Assembly: GCA_965235115.1 (NCBI GenBank)
Contig: OZ249436.1
Span: forward strand, 10,976,001 to 11,040,000
DNA: 64,000 nt
From: Laetmonice hystrix
Taxonomy: Eukaryota
Direction: 5' to 3'
Both the position numbers and the translations under genes were made by a program. Shown piece after piece: positions 1 to 17,135 of this stretch. The first letter of the stretch is position 1; each line of letters opens with the position of its first letter. The notes below the pieces were generated by a model. That model was given only the letters and a program-made list of their open reading frames with translations, searched no databases and was not told the DNA's origin.

Positions 1-576
1 TCGCTATGCTAACCGAAAATCGCGATCAATAGGCCTAAAGCATTGTTCGACATTTTCCGCCGCGCGCTCTCCGGAAGAGATTTGCTTCAGTTGGCGCGTG
101 ACTAGACCCTACACAACATAATCAGTGAAGCGTGACGCTGGGAGACCATGCACACAGACGGAGTACAGGACGTGGGATGACCCCAGTGACGCAGTAAATT
201 ATCATTCGGTGAACCCGACTTCTTGTGAAAAAGGCGTCGTAGTGGACAGACAGATTTCGAGAAAGCTGAGCACACAGAATTCCATTCCTTGATTAATGAG
301 CTGGAGATGATCAACGATGAGAGATTTAAGGGGTCCTTAGCAGACCAGCCAATTAGAGGCCTCTTAGCTTCAGCTTTACTGAAGTTGAGAATTTTTGAAA
401 AACTGGGCCCAGATCTCAGTTCCATGAACTCTTCGATCTGGTCATTGAGGGTATTTCTGCACTTTGATAAATTGTTCACCCATGGTCTTCCACGTGCTTA
501 CTGTTGCGACTCCTCAGGAATGAGGTCAAGCCATCACCTATAGCAACCTCATTGACATTTGTACGGGGTAGTTAGA

Positions 577-844
577 GGTGGGTGGGTATTTGGGGTTTTA
601 CGCCTTGCAACAGCCAGGGTCATATCACGGCGGTGAAGATGAGATGAAAGTCAGTTTTTCTTGGTGGAGGAAACCGGAGTACCCGGAGGAAACCACCGAC
701 CTTCGGGAAGGAACTGACTGACAAACCTTTCACACATGCAGCCCAGGCCGGGAATCGAACCCGGGTCGCAGCGGTGTGAGGCGATGGTCCTAGGTGTCAT
801 GATGGAGCCGACACCTTAGACCACTCGGCCACCCGAGGCCCCCC
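577..844 (-). mobile_element. Full-length tRNA-derived SINE with V-SINE-like central domain
   Basis: The minus strand has an A box (TGGCCGAGTGG) and B box (GGTTCGATTCC), then GGTGGTTTCCTCCGGGTACTCCGGTTTCCTCC (V-domain-like) and a short (CCCA)n tail. It is flanked by an 11-bp TSD GGGTAGTTAGA at 566-576 and 845-855. Confidence 0.85.
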
Positions 845-1292
845 GGGTAGTTAGAACATTGGTTCAAGATTTGATAGCCAAGAAATCTGGGCGATTGAAT
901 CCGATTTTTTCAAACGTTTTTGATGTTGGGGATTTTCCCCACGGTACAAATGCCCTACTTTGCAATGGCAAGGTTTGGAAAAAATCAATATAACCACCGT
1001 AACATTTTGGCTGTTTGGAAAATTCAAAATCTCCATTATCAGAATATTCTGATAAAAATAACCTTTAAATCTATGTATTGGGGCTACTTACAAAACTGAG
1101 TTGAGAAGTTTTTACATACCCGTTTACATAAACGTTATCAAATAACCACGAGGAGAAGCCAGTAACTCAGGGATCTGATACAGAGATGTTGTCGCTATAC
1201 AGAGAAGTTGTCAATGATGTTGTAACCCCCCCCCCCCCCCTCAAGTGCGTGACCTCACAAGTGTTTTTATTTTTGCTCATATTTCTCAACAG

Positions 1293-2115
1293 AGAAGAGG
1301 ATTCTTCGTGGAGTGTGGAGCTCTTGACGGCGAACGTTCATCTAATACTATATACCTTGAGCAGAAGAGAGATTGGTCAGGTCTGCTGATTGAGATGGAT
1401 CCTTCGTGGTACCAGCAAGTACGCGGTAAAAACAGGAAAAGTTTCACCATCAACGCCTGTATCAGCCCTAGCCAATATCCAATCAAGGTATTCTAAATCG
1501 TTCTGTAGCATCTAGAGCTGTGTTTATAACCAACATGGTGGTTATTTACAGGTACTATAATATCACACTCTAAAAACAAACAGTTAGATGGTAAGAAAAC
1601 TATCCGTCTTATTGGTTGAGGTAGTAGGCTATTGGTAGCCTTTCGCCAACAACAAAACTGTAGTCCCAGATATCATATTATTGCAGCTGCTTATATCAAT
1701 TCATACACTCCGTGTCTTCTCTTTGCAGATGGAATTTAAAGAACACACAATGGGTGAAGGAAAATTGGTGATGAGTGGTAATAGTGCAGGATCTATAAAA
1801 GGCAAAAACATCATTCACAAGGTGTACTGCTTCCCATTTTATTCAATGATGCTGGCATTGAATATTACACATATCGACTACTTCAGCCTGGACGTCGAAG
1901 GCTTGGAATTACAAATTCTTAAAACGATTCCTTTTGACAAGCTGGATATTTCTATATTCACAGTGGAATATATCCATGGAAAGGATGGTGCTAAAGCTTA
2001 CACAGAGTTTATGGAATCTAAAGGTTATTATGTACACTCAAAAATTAGACAGTTCAAGCCTGAAATTTATTTCGGGGCCAATGATATAGTTTTCGTTAAA
2101 AGAGGGGCGTACTAA
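1293..2115 (+). CDS. Star-like FkbM family (Methyltransf_21) protein, last two coding exons; 5' part not found in window
   Basis: Exons 1293-1487 (cag|AGA...AAG|gtattc) and 1729-2115 (ttgcag|ATG...TAA) join in phase 0. Motifs GFFVECGALDGERSSNT and IDYFSLDVEGLELQILKTIPFDKLDI are typical of metazoan FkbM/Star-like proteins. Confidence 0.88.
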
Positions 2116-3141
2116 GTTTTGTTCTTACATAAACTGCTCTTTTTCTTGATTTAAAAGAAAGACGGACAGATTGACCAATTGCAAGTTGAAACGCTTCGTT
2201 TCTGGTAAGCTCTCATGATTCTTTTCATTAATAAGGGGGTCCTTTTTTCGCCCTGGACTAAGAGGCGGGTCCCTTTTTTAAGGAGGTTCAGTCATGGTCA
2301 AAGCCTATCCAATAATTCGCATGCACATAGGTATAACGCAGATTCATAATAAAAAATGGCGTATAATTTCGGCTAAAAATTTAACCTTTAACCTTTGACC
2401 CTGATGAACCTTTCATCCTGACTTTACTAAGCGCATGCTTAGTATCCTGATCCAAGACCGACTGATGCGTGTGACAGGTGTGACTGAGCGAGTACCATAT
2501 ATTATTAGGCAAAAAAGTTTCGTTTCTTGTTCCATCTAAGAAGGTATAGGACCCATCCATCATGTTTGAGAACCGCCATACAGATATACTTTGGGTGAAA
2601 GGTTTTTTTTTAATTCATGCGATGGGTTTCATATTGTGATAAGCAATATAATAATGTGGCAGAAAGTTGCAACGGTTCTTTAGGAAGTGGAGTGTTTCCG
2701 GTGGGTTGTCACGTTAATAAAAACATTGAAAATATTTCGTATTAGTTTTGTTTTCGTAAAAGTTTTTATTTATGTACCTAACAGCAATCGGCTATTGTCC
2801 GGCTAAAGAAAAAAGGGAGGAAAATGCCCACCCCCTCCAAACAAAGAAGAAATTGAGGGGGGAGAACCTTGTCACTACGCCATTTTGTTTTATATGAAAG
2901 GAAAAGAAATGAAATATACGTTGCCTTCTACCTATCCATGAACGAAGCGTTTCCGGAATGCAGGTATAGTCTAGTGACATCTTGCCACAGACGATGTAAC
3001 AAACTTGAGTTATCGTGTCTTGCCGCAGGCTTGTCTCACTGTGTCCACCTAAATATGCGTGATGGATACAATAGAGCACTGTAAGCGACTAGAATCACAA
3101 CACGCCCAGAAAGTGGCCTTTTATACAGTCTTGATCATCCC

Positions 3142-3384
3142 GGGCCCGGGGTTTTTGTTTACTTTTCCACCGTGAGCCAGGATGAGCTGAGCTGAGCAAG
3201 GGTGAGCGTGAGCTCATTCTCACCGTTTTCGTGTTTTTGGGGTTGTTTTTTTCCATAAGGCGTGCTGATGGTGAACAAGCTCGCGGAAAAACACCCAAAA
3301 AGACGAGAACTGTGAGCAAAACGGTGAGCATGAGCTTCTGCTCACCCTTGCTCACGTTGGAAAAGTAAACAAAAAAACCGGCCC
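3142..3384. mobile_element. Palindromic MITE (PIF/Harbinger-like termini GGCCC), copy 1
   Basis: Long imperfect TIRs (GGGCCCGG..TTTTTGTTTACTTTTCCA) with internal TGAGC repeats. A homologous copy lies in the opposite orientation at 21394-21658. Confidence 0.75.
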
Positions 3385-4068
3385 CAAACCCTCAGCAGCA
3401 AGAGAGTCGGGTGACGGAGACTGCCTTTTATATTGTATTCAGATCAAATGGGCGGCATGGCGGTCATCCTTGTTTGATTCCCGTAGCAACATTGTTTTGT
3501 CCCTTATCTTGGAAATGGTGCAAGATGCATAGTAGGCCTAGTTCCTGCACATGCAGGAAGACACATGGGAACTTTCATTTAGTGGCATTTTCCGTAGAGT
3601 GACCTATAAATAAAAGACGGTGCATCTTTTCAATGGCTTACATCTTCAAGATTATGCAAGATAAGCACATAATAGATTGAACATGACATTGTGTAAAAAG
3701 TTATATACCGATTTTTGTTTCGCACGAGTTCTTTCTTTTACCCCGATTGTCCACATACTAGTTACAAAATTATCTTATTCATCATAAATAGGAAGTCATA
3801 AGAATTTTCATTCGGCACGGCTTTCTTTTAAAGTCAACTAAGGTCATTTAAGGTCACCGATGTATTTGCAAACTTTTCAAAATAACACCTAGTTAGTATA
3901 ACTGATGGCTGGGAAGTCATTTTAGGTTTCATTTGCCACTGTTGTTCTTTGCATTGAGGACATTAGCCTTCCTTTTGGACGGATTATCTCGAAAATTGTT
4001 CAAGATAGGCCTAACCACTTAACCGGGGCAATTCGTGCGGGCCTTTTTGCGGAATTGATATAACTTTC

Positions 4069-4644
4069 CAGGCCCTTAGCCAGCCTTCTAGGTGTGTGGG
4101 TGTGGGTAGTAGGCTAATGTATGGCAAGTATGGTTGGGCCGGTCGACATGAATTTACTGGGCCATTGGAAATCGGCCGTGCTTAAAAATTATCTAGACCT
4201 ACTTGACCTTTCAGGGGCGTAGGAAGGCCAGAAAAAGTGGGGGGGGGGGGGGCAAATGAGTCCATCACGAGCGCCGAAGGCGCGAAGCGTAGCTAGGGGG
4301 TCCGGCGGCAAAATTTTGAAACTTTAGGTTATCTGGTGCATTTTAGAACACAATATGTTGTTCTGAGTAGGTAGGCTACAAAGTGGTGGTGGGGGCAAAA
4401 TTACTCCGGCCCCCCAGTGTAAAGTGTGTGTGTGTGTGTGGAGGGGGGGGGGGGCTGGGCTACCCCTTTTGCTACGCCCCCACATTCTAAAGACGGGAAA
4501 CAGTAGAGCTATAGGCTAATTTATTTTATTACCAGACAATGTGGAATCCAGTGGCTGATGTAACCTATAGGACCCAAAGGAAAATCTTAGGGAACTAGGG
4601 GGCGTCCGACCCCACGCCCCCCCCCCCCCTCGGCTACCGGCCTG
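4069..4644. mobile_element. hAT-like MITE (CAGG termini) with 5-bp TSD; contains a nested CAGGGGCGTAG-type MITE at about 4212-4482
   Basis: TIR CAGGCCCTTAGCC / GGCTACCGGCCTG, with TSD CTTTC at 4064-4068 and 4645-4649. The nested element has CAGGGGCGTAG...CTACGCCCC ends. Confidence 0.65.
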
Positions 4645-7600
4645 CTTTCAAAGTTGTAAACCTAAGTGTTCCAGAGATGCAGGGCCGTAGCCAGGGGGGG
4701 CAGGGGGCAGCTGCCACTGTTCATACTCCATGTTAACACGAATGCGCAGGCGCAAATAATTTGTGGGTCAACAACTTTAGTTCATGTGCGTTAAAGGGGC
4801 AGGGCGATTTGAAACTCTCAGAATTATCATGGAGAACGATTGTTATAAATATTTAGGCTCTAATGCCAATAACCTCCTACGTATCTCTACTAGGCCTATA
4901 GTAACAGCCAAAAAGGGGGGAAACTGCCGGTTTACACGAAACAGTCTACATATATGTCGCCAGCGATGCTCAGCAATCGCAACATCTCGGGCTTAACCGA
5001 CCGGAAATGACATCGGACGTTCCGACTGGCTCAGGGGGTTACTCTCGTGATCTCGTATAACGTTCTGCTAAGATCGGGACGAGGAAAATCGACATGATTC
5101 TTTAGCAGTGTAGTTCTGATTCTGAAGCTCAGGACACTAATTTTTTTAGGTCCCCCCCCCCCCTTAAGCCCATCAAAATCCTGGATCCCCGCACTGCAGG
5201 ATCATCAGATTGATTTTTATTAGAATGAAAGTGTCCCGCTTTGAGGATCGGTGACGCTCATATTGATTCAATGTAGGATACAATTTGGTTCTTCAGAAGA
5301 CTCATTTTTATTCTTTTCAAGCATTGCCACAGACCCAAAATGATTGCCATTTCGTTTTCAGTGCACTTGAGGACTGGAGGCCCATGTTGTGTAGACAGGC
5401 CTATAAATATACGTCCACGGCTGTCCATATACTTTAGTAGTGCCCCACATTATTTGCAAGCTGACACAAAAACGCTGAATCGATCTACATAATATGTATA
5501 CGCCATACCACAGGGTTGGCTTGTAGGGCCTACTTTTACAATACAACAACATTGCCGAGTAGAGTCAGTTATACAGTAATGAATGGCCGACTGTGCCCAA
5601 CAAGATCGGAATGATAGGAACAATCCCCCTGAACATGTGAGAATCGTGACCCGGCGAACGAGTAGCCTATCATATTAGCATGTCTGGCCAGATCTGACAT
5701 GCCTATTCAAATCTGCATGCTGATTGAGTTAACAGACAGTTTTCATTGCTGTAGCAAAATGTAAACAGGGCACGAATAGGAATACCTAAATAGATCTAAT
5801 CGACATGCATGCAGCTAAAAGGTAGAAATGTCTTTTTTCAAGGTTCTTTATCCGATGGAAAAGGAATGTACTTCAGAGAAATGTACTTTTCAATTTTTGT
5901 TACAATGTTTTCTTTGAAGGACCTAGTGAAGTGGTAGGGGCCTACCAGTTCAGGCCAAGTTTAAAGTGCAGGTTCATTGCAGTATCGGCCATACAAAAAA
6001 GTATTAGGTCCGAGGTTATAGACCAAGCTTGAGGTCCAAGGCTGTGCGTTGAGAATAGCTATATAGGCCTACAAATGCCAGGTCTTGAAAGGATGCACCA
6101 TTTTCATGTAAATTAGGAAGTAATTGAAATATGGTAACCATGACAATAGAATACCGTAATGTACTTTAGTAAGAGAGGCTAGTTTCTGTGATTTGAGTGA
6201 TCTCGTAAAATCTTATAGACTATGTCTCATTGATTCAAACGTGAGTAATTTTACCAAAATATTGTGTAGCCTATATAATATTGTATAGGACTATCATATC
6301 GTAGCCTCTATGTTTTTCTTGAAAAGGATAGGAGTAAGTCTAGACCTATTTCCTTTGGCAAAAATCTGTAGTCATGTGATGTAATCTATGCACATATCAC
6401 GAATACGGCGATGGACGATTAAACTGTAATTATTAAATATTTGTAAACAGATCTAGTTCTTGTTCGTGTCATTTGGAGGAGACAAAAGATCAATGTCAGT
6501 AATAGAACCCTAAATTTGTTATAAGCAAGTTTTATTTTATTAGGCCTATAATATTAGACCTATGCCTATTTGGCCTATAGTTCCGTAGCTTCGACATAGG
6601 CCTAGATTTCAAAAACACAACCACGGCCTCATCAATAGTTATTTTCGTCAGTATAAATACTGTGACAATTCTAGGTTTATGTGTGTGTATATTTAATGTA
6701 AGTTAGTGCCTTTTATTCTAAACATTGTGGTCAGTATTTTAGCCTTGGTGACCGTAGGAGTGCCCCCTCCCACCCGCAGTGTCCAGACTGTGCTGGAGAT
6801 CTCCTGTTGGCCACCCTTTGTAGTGCCGGGGCATTGGTCACCATCCTCATTGGTTGAAGCCCCCCACCCCCACCTTAAGACGGGCTGCAGGGCTCAGAAT
6901 CGGGGAGAGTGACCGACCCTCTCCAACTGGGATGGCAGCCAACACCACCACGCCCCGTTCGGCCCACCTCGGGACTGTCCGGGCCAGATCCTCTCGGCCC
7001 TCGCACAGTCGTCACCATGTTGGATCTTCTTTTATCACGTGACACAACGTGGTCAAAACGGCGACGGCCGACAAACCGACAAAGGTGAAAGACAAGCAGT
7101 GTCTGGCTTGTTTAAAAACAGATCTCCGCTTGATAGGCCGTATCTCCGTTGCAATCTAACGCTCTGCCTTCGAACCGCTTGGCCATTTTCGATAACCGTG
7201 TACTAACAGGAGAATTCTCACGCTGAGTTTCAGTGCTGTGCGGCTCTCACAGCGGTCTACCTCAATCCCTTTTGTGTGACAATTTTTCATAGATCTATAT
7301 GTGGGGCCTGATACCATATTTTTCATTTTTTTGCCATTTTTGATAGGACTTCATTAAAAATCTAATCCAACTCGAAACTTGTAATATATTTTCCTAAAAG
7401 AACTCCCTATAGACTATCCATGTGCCAAATTTAAAATAAAAATATTGAAAACTGACTTTTCTAGAACACTTTAAACTTTCAGAAATATGGATTGGTACAT
7501 ACATGTATATTTTTAGGCCTATTAACTGGCATTGTAGTGCATACATGTATGTATATTATACGGTATTCAGATCATACGCCTGCTATTAGGCCGGGTGTCA

Positions 7601-7659
7601 ATAATGTCAATAAAATATCTTTAAAACAGACTCAAACAAACCCCGTCTATCTGCCGTGA

Positions 7660-8172
7660 ATTCTTAGACGTCTAGCTAACGCCTGGGGATAAACGTCAGA
7701 TAGACGTCGATTCTGGGACGTCCCGGCAACGTCTGACTTTTGACGTCTTAGACGTCCAGCCGACGTCTGTTGATTAACGTCAGATAGACGTCGATTCTAG
7801 GACGTCCTAGCAACGTCTGAGTATTGACGTCTATCTGACGTCGATTCTTATATGTCCTGTCAACGTCTGCGGATTGACGTCAGATAGCTGTCAGTTCTTA
7901 GACGTCCTAGTAACGTTTGGGTATTGACGTCTATTTGACGTCAATTCACAGGTCTACGTCCAGCCGACGTCTGGGGATTGATGCCAGATAGACATCGTTT
8001 CTTAGACGGCCTGGCAACGTCTCAGTATTGACGTCTATCTGACCTCAATTCCTAGACGTCCTGTCAACGTCTCAGTATTGACGTCAGACAGACGTTGCAA
8101 AGTGGTTGTCGACGTCGCAACTAAGATTCACCCAAAATATGACGTTGATTCGACGTCATGTGCCCACTGGGT
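7660..8172. repeat. GACGTC-rich degenerate tandem array ending in a transposon-like terminus
   Basis: Degenerate units of about 50 bp dense in GACGTC/AACGTC, ending ...GACGTCATGTGCCCACTGGG. It resembles subterminal repeats of CCCAG-terminated (EnSpm/CMC-like) non-autonomous elements. Only one end is seen. Confidence 0.6.
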
Positions 8173-8993
8173 CAGTTCTCCCAACGCTGTAGCCAACTAG
8201 CCTACACGATAGTTAATCTCCATTAGAACGGCCTGATTTTATTAGTGATTAAATCTTCCTGACAGTTTGTCCCACTTCTCCTATATCTCTATATCTGGAA
8301 AAAACTAGCAAGTCCACTTTGCCTCATTTTGAGAAAACTGGGACAAACAAACCGTTTCTCCCATTGGGGTGCTGCAAACACTAGTGTTTTCCAGGTCAAG
8401 GACTATGAATTGCGTAGATTGAGTTCTGATCACTTAATTGTATGAAAGGACAAAACCTACTAAGTCCAAAAATGAGACTAGCTCAAATTGGACAAAAACT
8501 CGACTTACTCGGTTTTTCAAGATCACTGTAGAGCTGTCCCACATCACCTCCAGTGCTGTCCCATATCTCCCAGCAGGTGTCCAATGGCTCCGTATCTAAT
8601 TAGGCCTAATAATTCATCGGTAATTAAAACAAAACGGCAGACGATCAACATTTAAAATATCTTTTAATGATATACCAAGGCCCTAAGGTAGGCCTACCTG
8701 TTGCATGTGAAAACAATAATTGGCTAACATCATCCTGAAACAAGTGAACCTTACAAATGTGACAAGCGCAAATTAATGTCCCAGTTCTCCTGGCTCTCCC
8801 CTTTTTAGATACGTAGACTCTAAGCATGCAAAGCACGTAATTAATGGTTACGCAATGGCCACAGGGTGCGGCCACCGTACCTCCGCGAGTTCACGAGTGG
8901 TGTTCACGAGTCGTGACATCGTTTGGGGGAAATTTACGATACGAGATGTCATTCACGTCTCGTGAGCTGATTACCGAACGCAACGGAATAATA

Positions 8994-9331
8994 TTAGGGA
9001 CCATCTCAAAATTCATTGATGCCAAAAAAGACAAAATTTTTTAGTCTCCCCCACCTCAAAAAGACTAAAAAGCTAAGACATTTTGGCATCATCGTTTATT
9101 TGGTCTAGAACAAAAGTTGTAAGCTATGGAGTAAGGTTAGTCTGTTGGAGAAACCGGCCATTACAGAGGCCAAGTTGGGTTGTTTTTTCACAGTCCCATT
9201 GATTAGCCCTTTTTAATAATAATATAATAAAAGACGAAATGGTAATATAAATGTCACCCCCCCCCCCCCTAGGGGCTAGACGAGATAATTTCGTATTTTT
9301 GGGCATCAATGAATTTTGAGATGATCCCTAA
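8994..9331. mobile_element. MITE upstream of RIOK2
   Basis: Imperfect TIR of about 55 bp, TTAGGGACCATCTCAAAATTCATTGATGCC / GGCATCAATGAATTTTGAGATGATCCCTAA, in a TA/TWA context. Confidence 0.75.
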
Positions 9332-9719
9332 TTACCAGAGAGTACCTCTAGACTAGAGCATTCTCCTACCGCAGCGCCATCTCAGCACTTGGCAGGTTGG
9401 TTAGGGACCATGGAAGAAACCTGTGGTTGCCATGGCAATTTTTAACTACTCATTATTGCTTCGGCTGAGGGCAGAATGAGGGGATCTGCGGTAATTTTTT
9501 TTGTAGTCCGGCCGCGGTGCCCGGCTCTGACACGCTCGCTCTGCCCCTAGCGAGAGGACCGGGAACCAGCCTAAGCTGCTGCATTGCTGCTATATTTCAC
9601 CATTTTCTGGATTGACATCTTGCGTGCGGGAAAGAGTGATTTCCGGTATGATGGAGGAATGAGCCACGAGGCACATGTGTCAGCCTTCAAATAAATCAGA
9701 GACCTGAAACGAAAAGAAG

Positions 9720-15499
<5,780 letters not shown>

Positions 15500-16185
15500 G
15501 GGTAAATAATCACCAAACGTGAGGAGTGTTTTTGATGAATGGAAAGTGGTCTTTATGCCTAAAGTCATATTAAATGAACACACATAATCAATGGCATTGC
15601 ATTGCAACATTTTGCCAGGTTTGGACCATAGAATATAGACTTACTGCTTCTCTGTACGTCTATCAATTAAGACTGATTCATGCAGACATATTTCTTACTC
15701 GGAAACGTTGATCGTTGATAAGGTCAGTGTTATGGTCAGTGTAACTACACATTTCTGTCCATGTCTGGTAAGTGACTGAATAGAAAATACTTTTCCCTGT
15801 TGAAATTGGTTACCGGTATGATCGCTATGGACTATAAAGGCCGTCCCCGTGACGGTGTGTTGGTTAGCTCGGTGCCGTCCCGCCCATTGCTGGCCTGAGC
15901 CAGTGGAGCAGGGTCAGCTGAGGTCAACGTTACCGGGTAGCTAAAGATCTATGTGCTATTTATAGACAGCAGTTCCTCTTGAATTCAACAGCATGGGGAA
16001 GTCATAGTTACGAAATATGCCACTAGGTGGCTGCAAGCATGGTTTCACGGACGGGACCCTGGGAACTTGCATTTTTAACATGTACCCAAAAACAGCTGCA
16101 GATGTAAAGTTTTTTGATATACTATTTTTAGATGATTAGCAGATCCGACGGAGATATGTTGGTAGAGACTTGTGAAATGTTTACC

Positions 16186-16191
16186 AATAAA
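16186..16191 (+). terminator. Candidate RIOK2 polyadenylation signal
   Basis: AATAAA about 690 nt after the stop codon, followed by T/GT-rich sequence and upstream of the USP3 promoter region. Confidence 0.5.
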
Positions 16192-17135
16192 CAATTTTCC
16201 AATCTGTAGTCTTGTATTTCATTATCATGCTTTGCTCAAATTTGTGTGTCGGGGAGGGGGCTATAATTACCTGTCAGCGCCCGCTTAGGTGAGGGTCAGG
16301 GCTGGGTGAGGGTTGTGGATGTTTGAGTGTACTGTAAACTTTAGGCCTAAATATATAGTGAAAAATACAACCTAGCTAGCAAGCAGAAAAAAGTTAGACT
16401 GGGGTTGGCACCCACATAACCCCCCCCCCCCCCCCCCGGGCGATATCCGGTCCTGCCTGTTCTGTCTTTTGATTTTGAACCGTATGCGAAGACAGCGTGT
16501 TTTTCAGGGTTTGTGGGTCGTGACGTGAACAGATCTAAGAATGTCCATAATGCTAAAGCCATACGGACTTGAAGTACCGGTAGGTCTACTGTAACCAAGA
16601 ATGGTGGAGTGTAATTCTTGCTGTAGCCACCAGATGGCAACAATGGAAATCGACTTTGGCGCCCTCTGTGATTGATAAAGTGCTCAAACGGGCACCTGCT
16701 GTCACATGATAGACGTCGGTCATGTGACCGGTCTTGTTGCCGAGACTGTACGAGATCGTGGTGTGGTATATATCTTTACGCACCGTAAAATAGAACATTG
16801 TTCTTATATTTACACAGGAATACCTCAGTGAATGTCCTGTCATAATATAACGAGACCTTCCAACTCTTTCTTCGGCCTACGCGCCATTACAACGTGAAGT
16901 TGAGGCATATCTACAAGAGTTGGGATCGGCGAATAACGCGGATGAAGACCAGCCGACCCTGTGTGATAGAGGGCCATTTCAGTTATTGCTCTCCGTGGGT
17001 AAAGTGAACGGACGGAAATGACCGTCTGGACTGCGGGAATGGATCGAACTCGCCACGTTGAGTATTAGGGGGCCATAGAGTGTAAATTTTATATTCTGGC
17101 CAAAGAGTTATGATATTTAAGCAGATATATCCCTA

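Noticed and set aside
102..543. Overlapping ORFs of 125 aa (-) and 84 aa (+)
   Set aside because: No recognisable motif and no convincing splice link to the FkbM exons.
760..844. tRNA-like A/B boxes
   Set aside because: This is the head of the SINE and does not form a canonical cloverleaf gene.
3390..4050. Helentron/HINE-like motifs (AAGGTCA-rich); similar sequence at about 55900-56200
   Set aside because: Only a general resemblance. Termini could not be defined.
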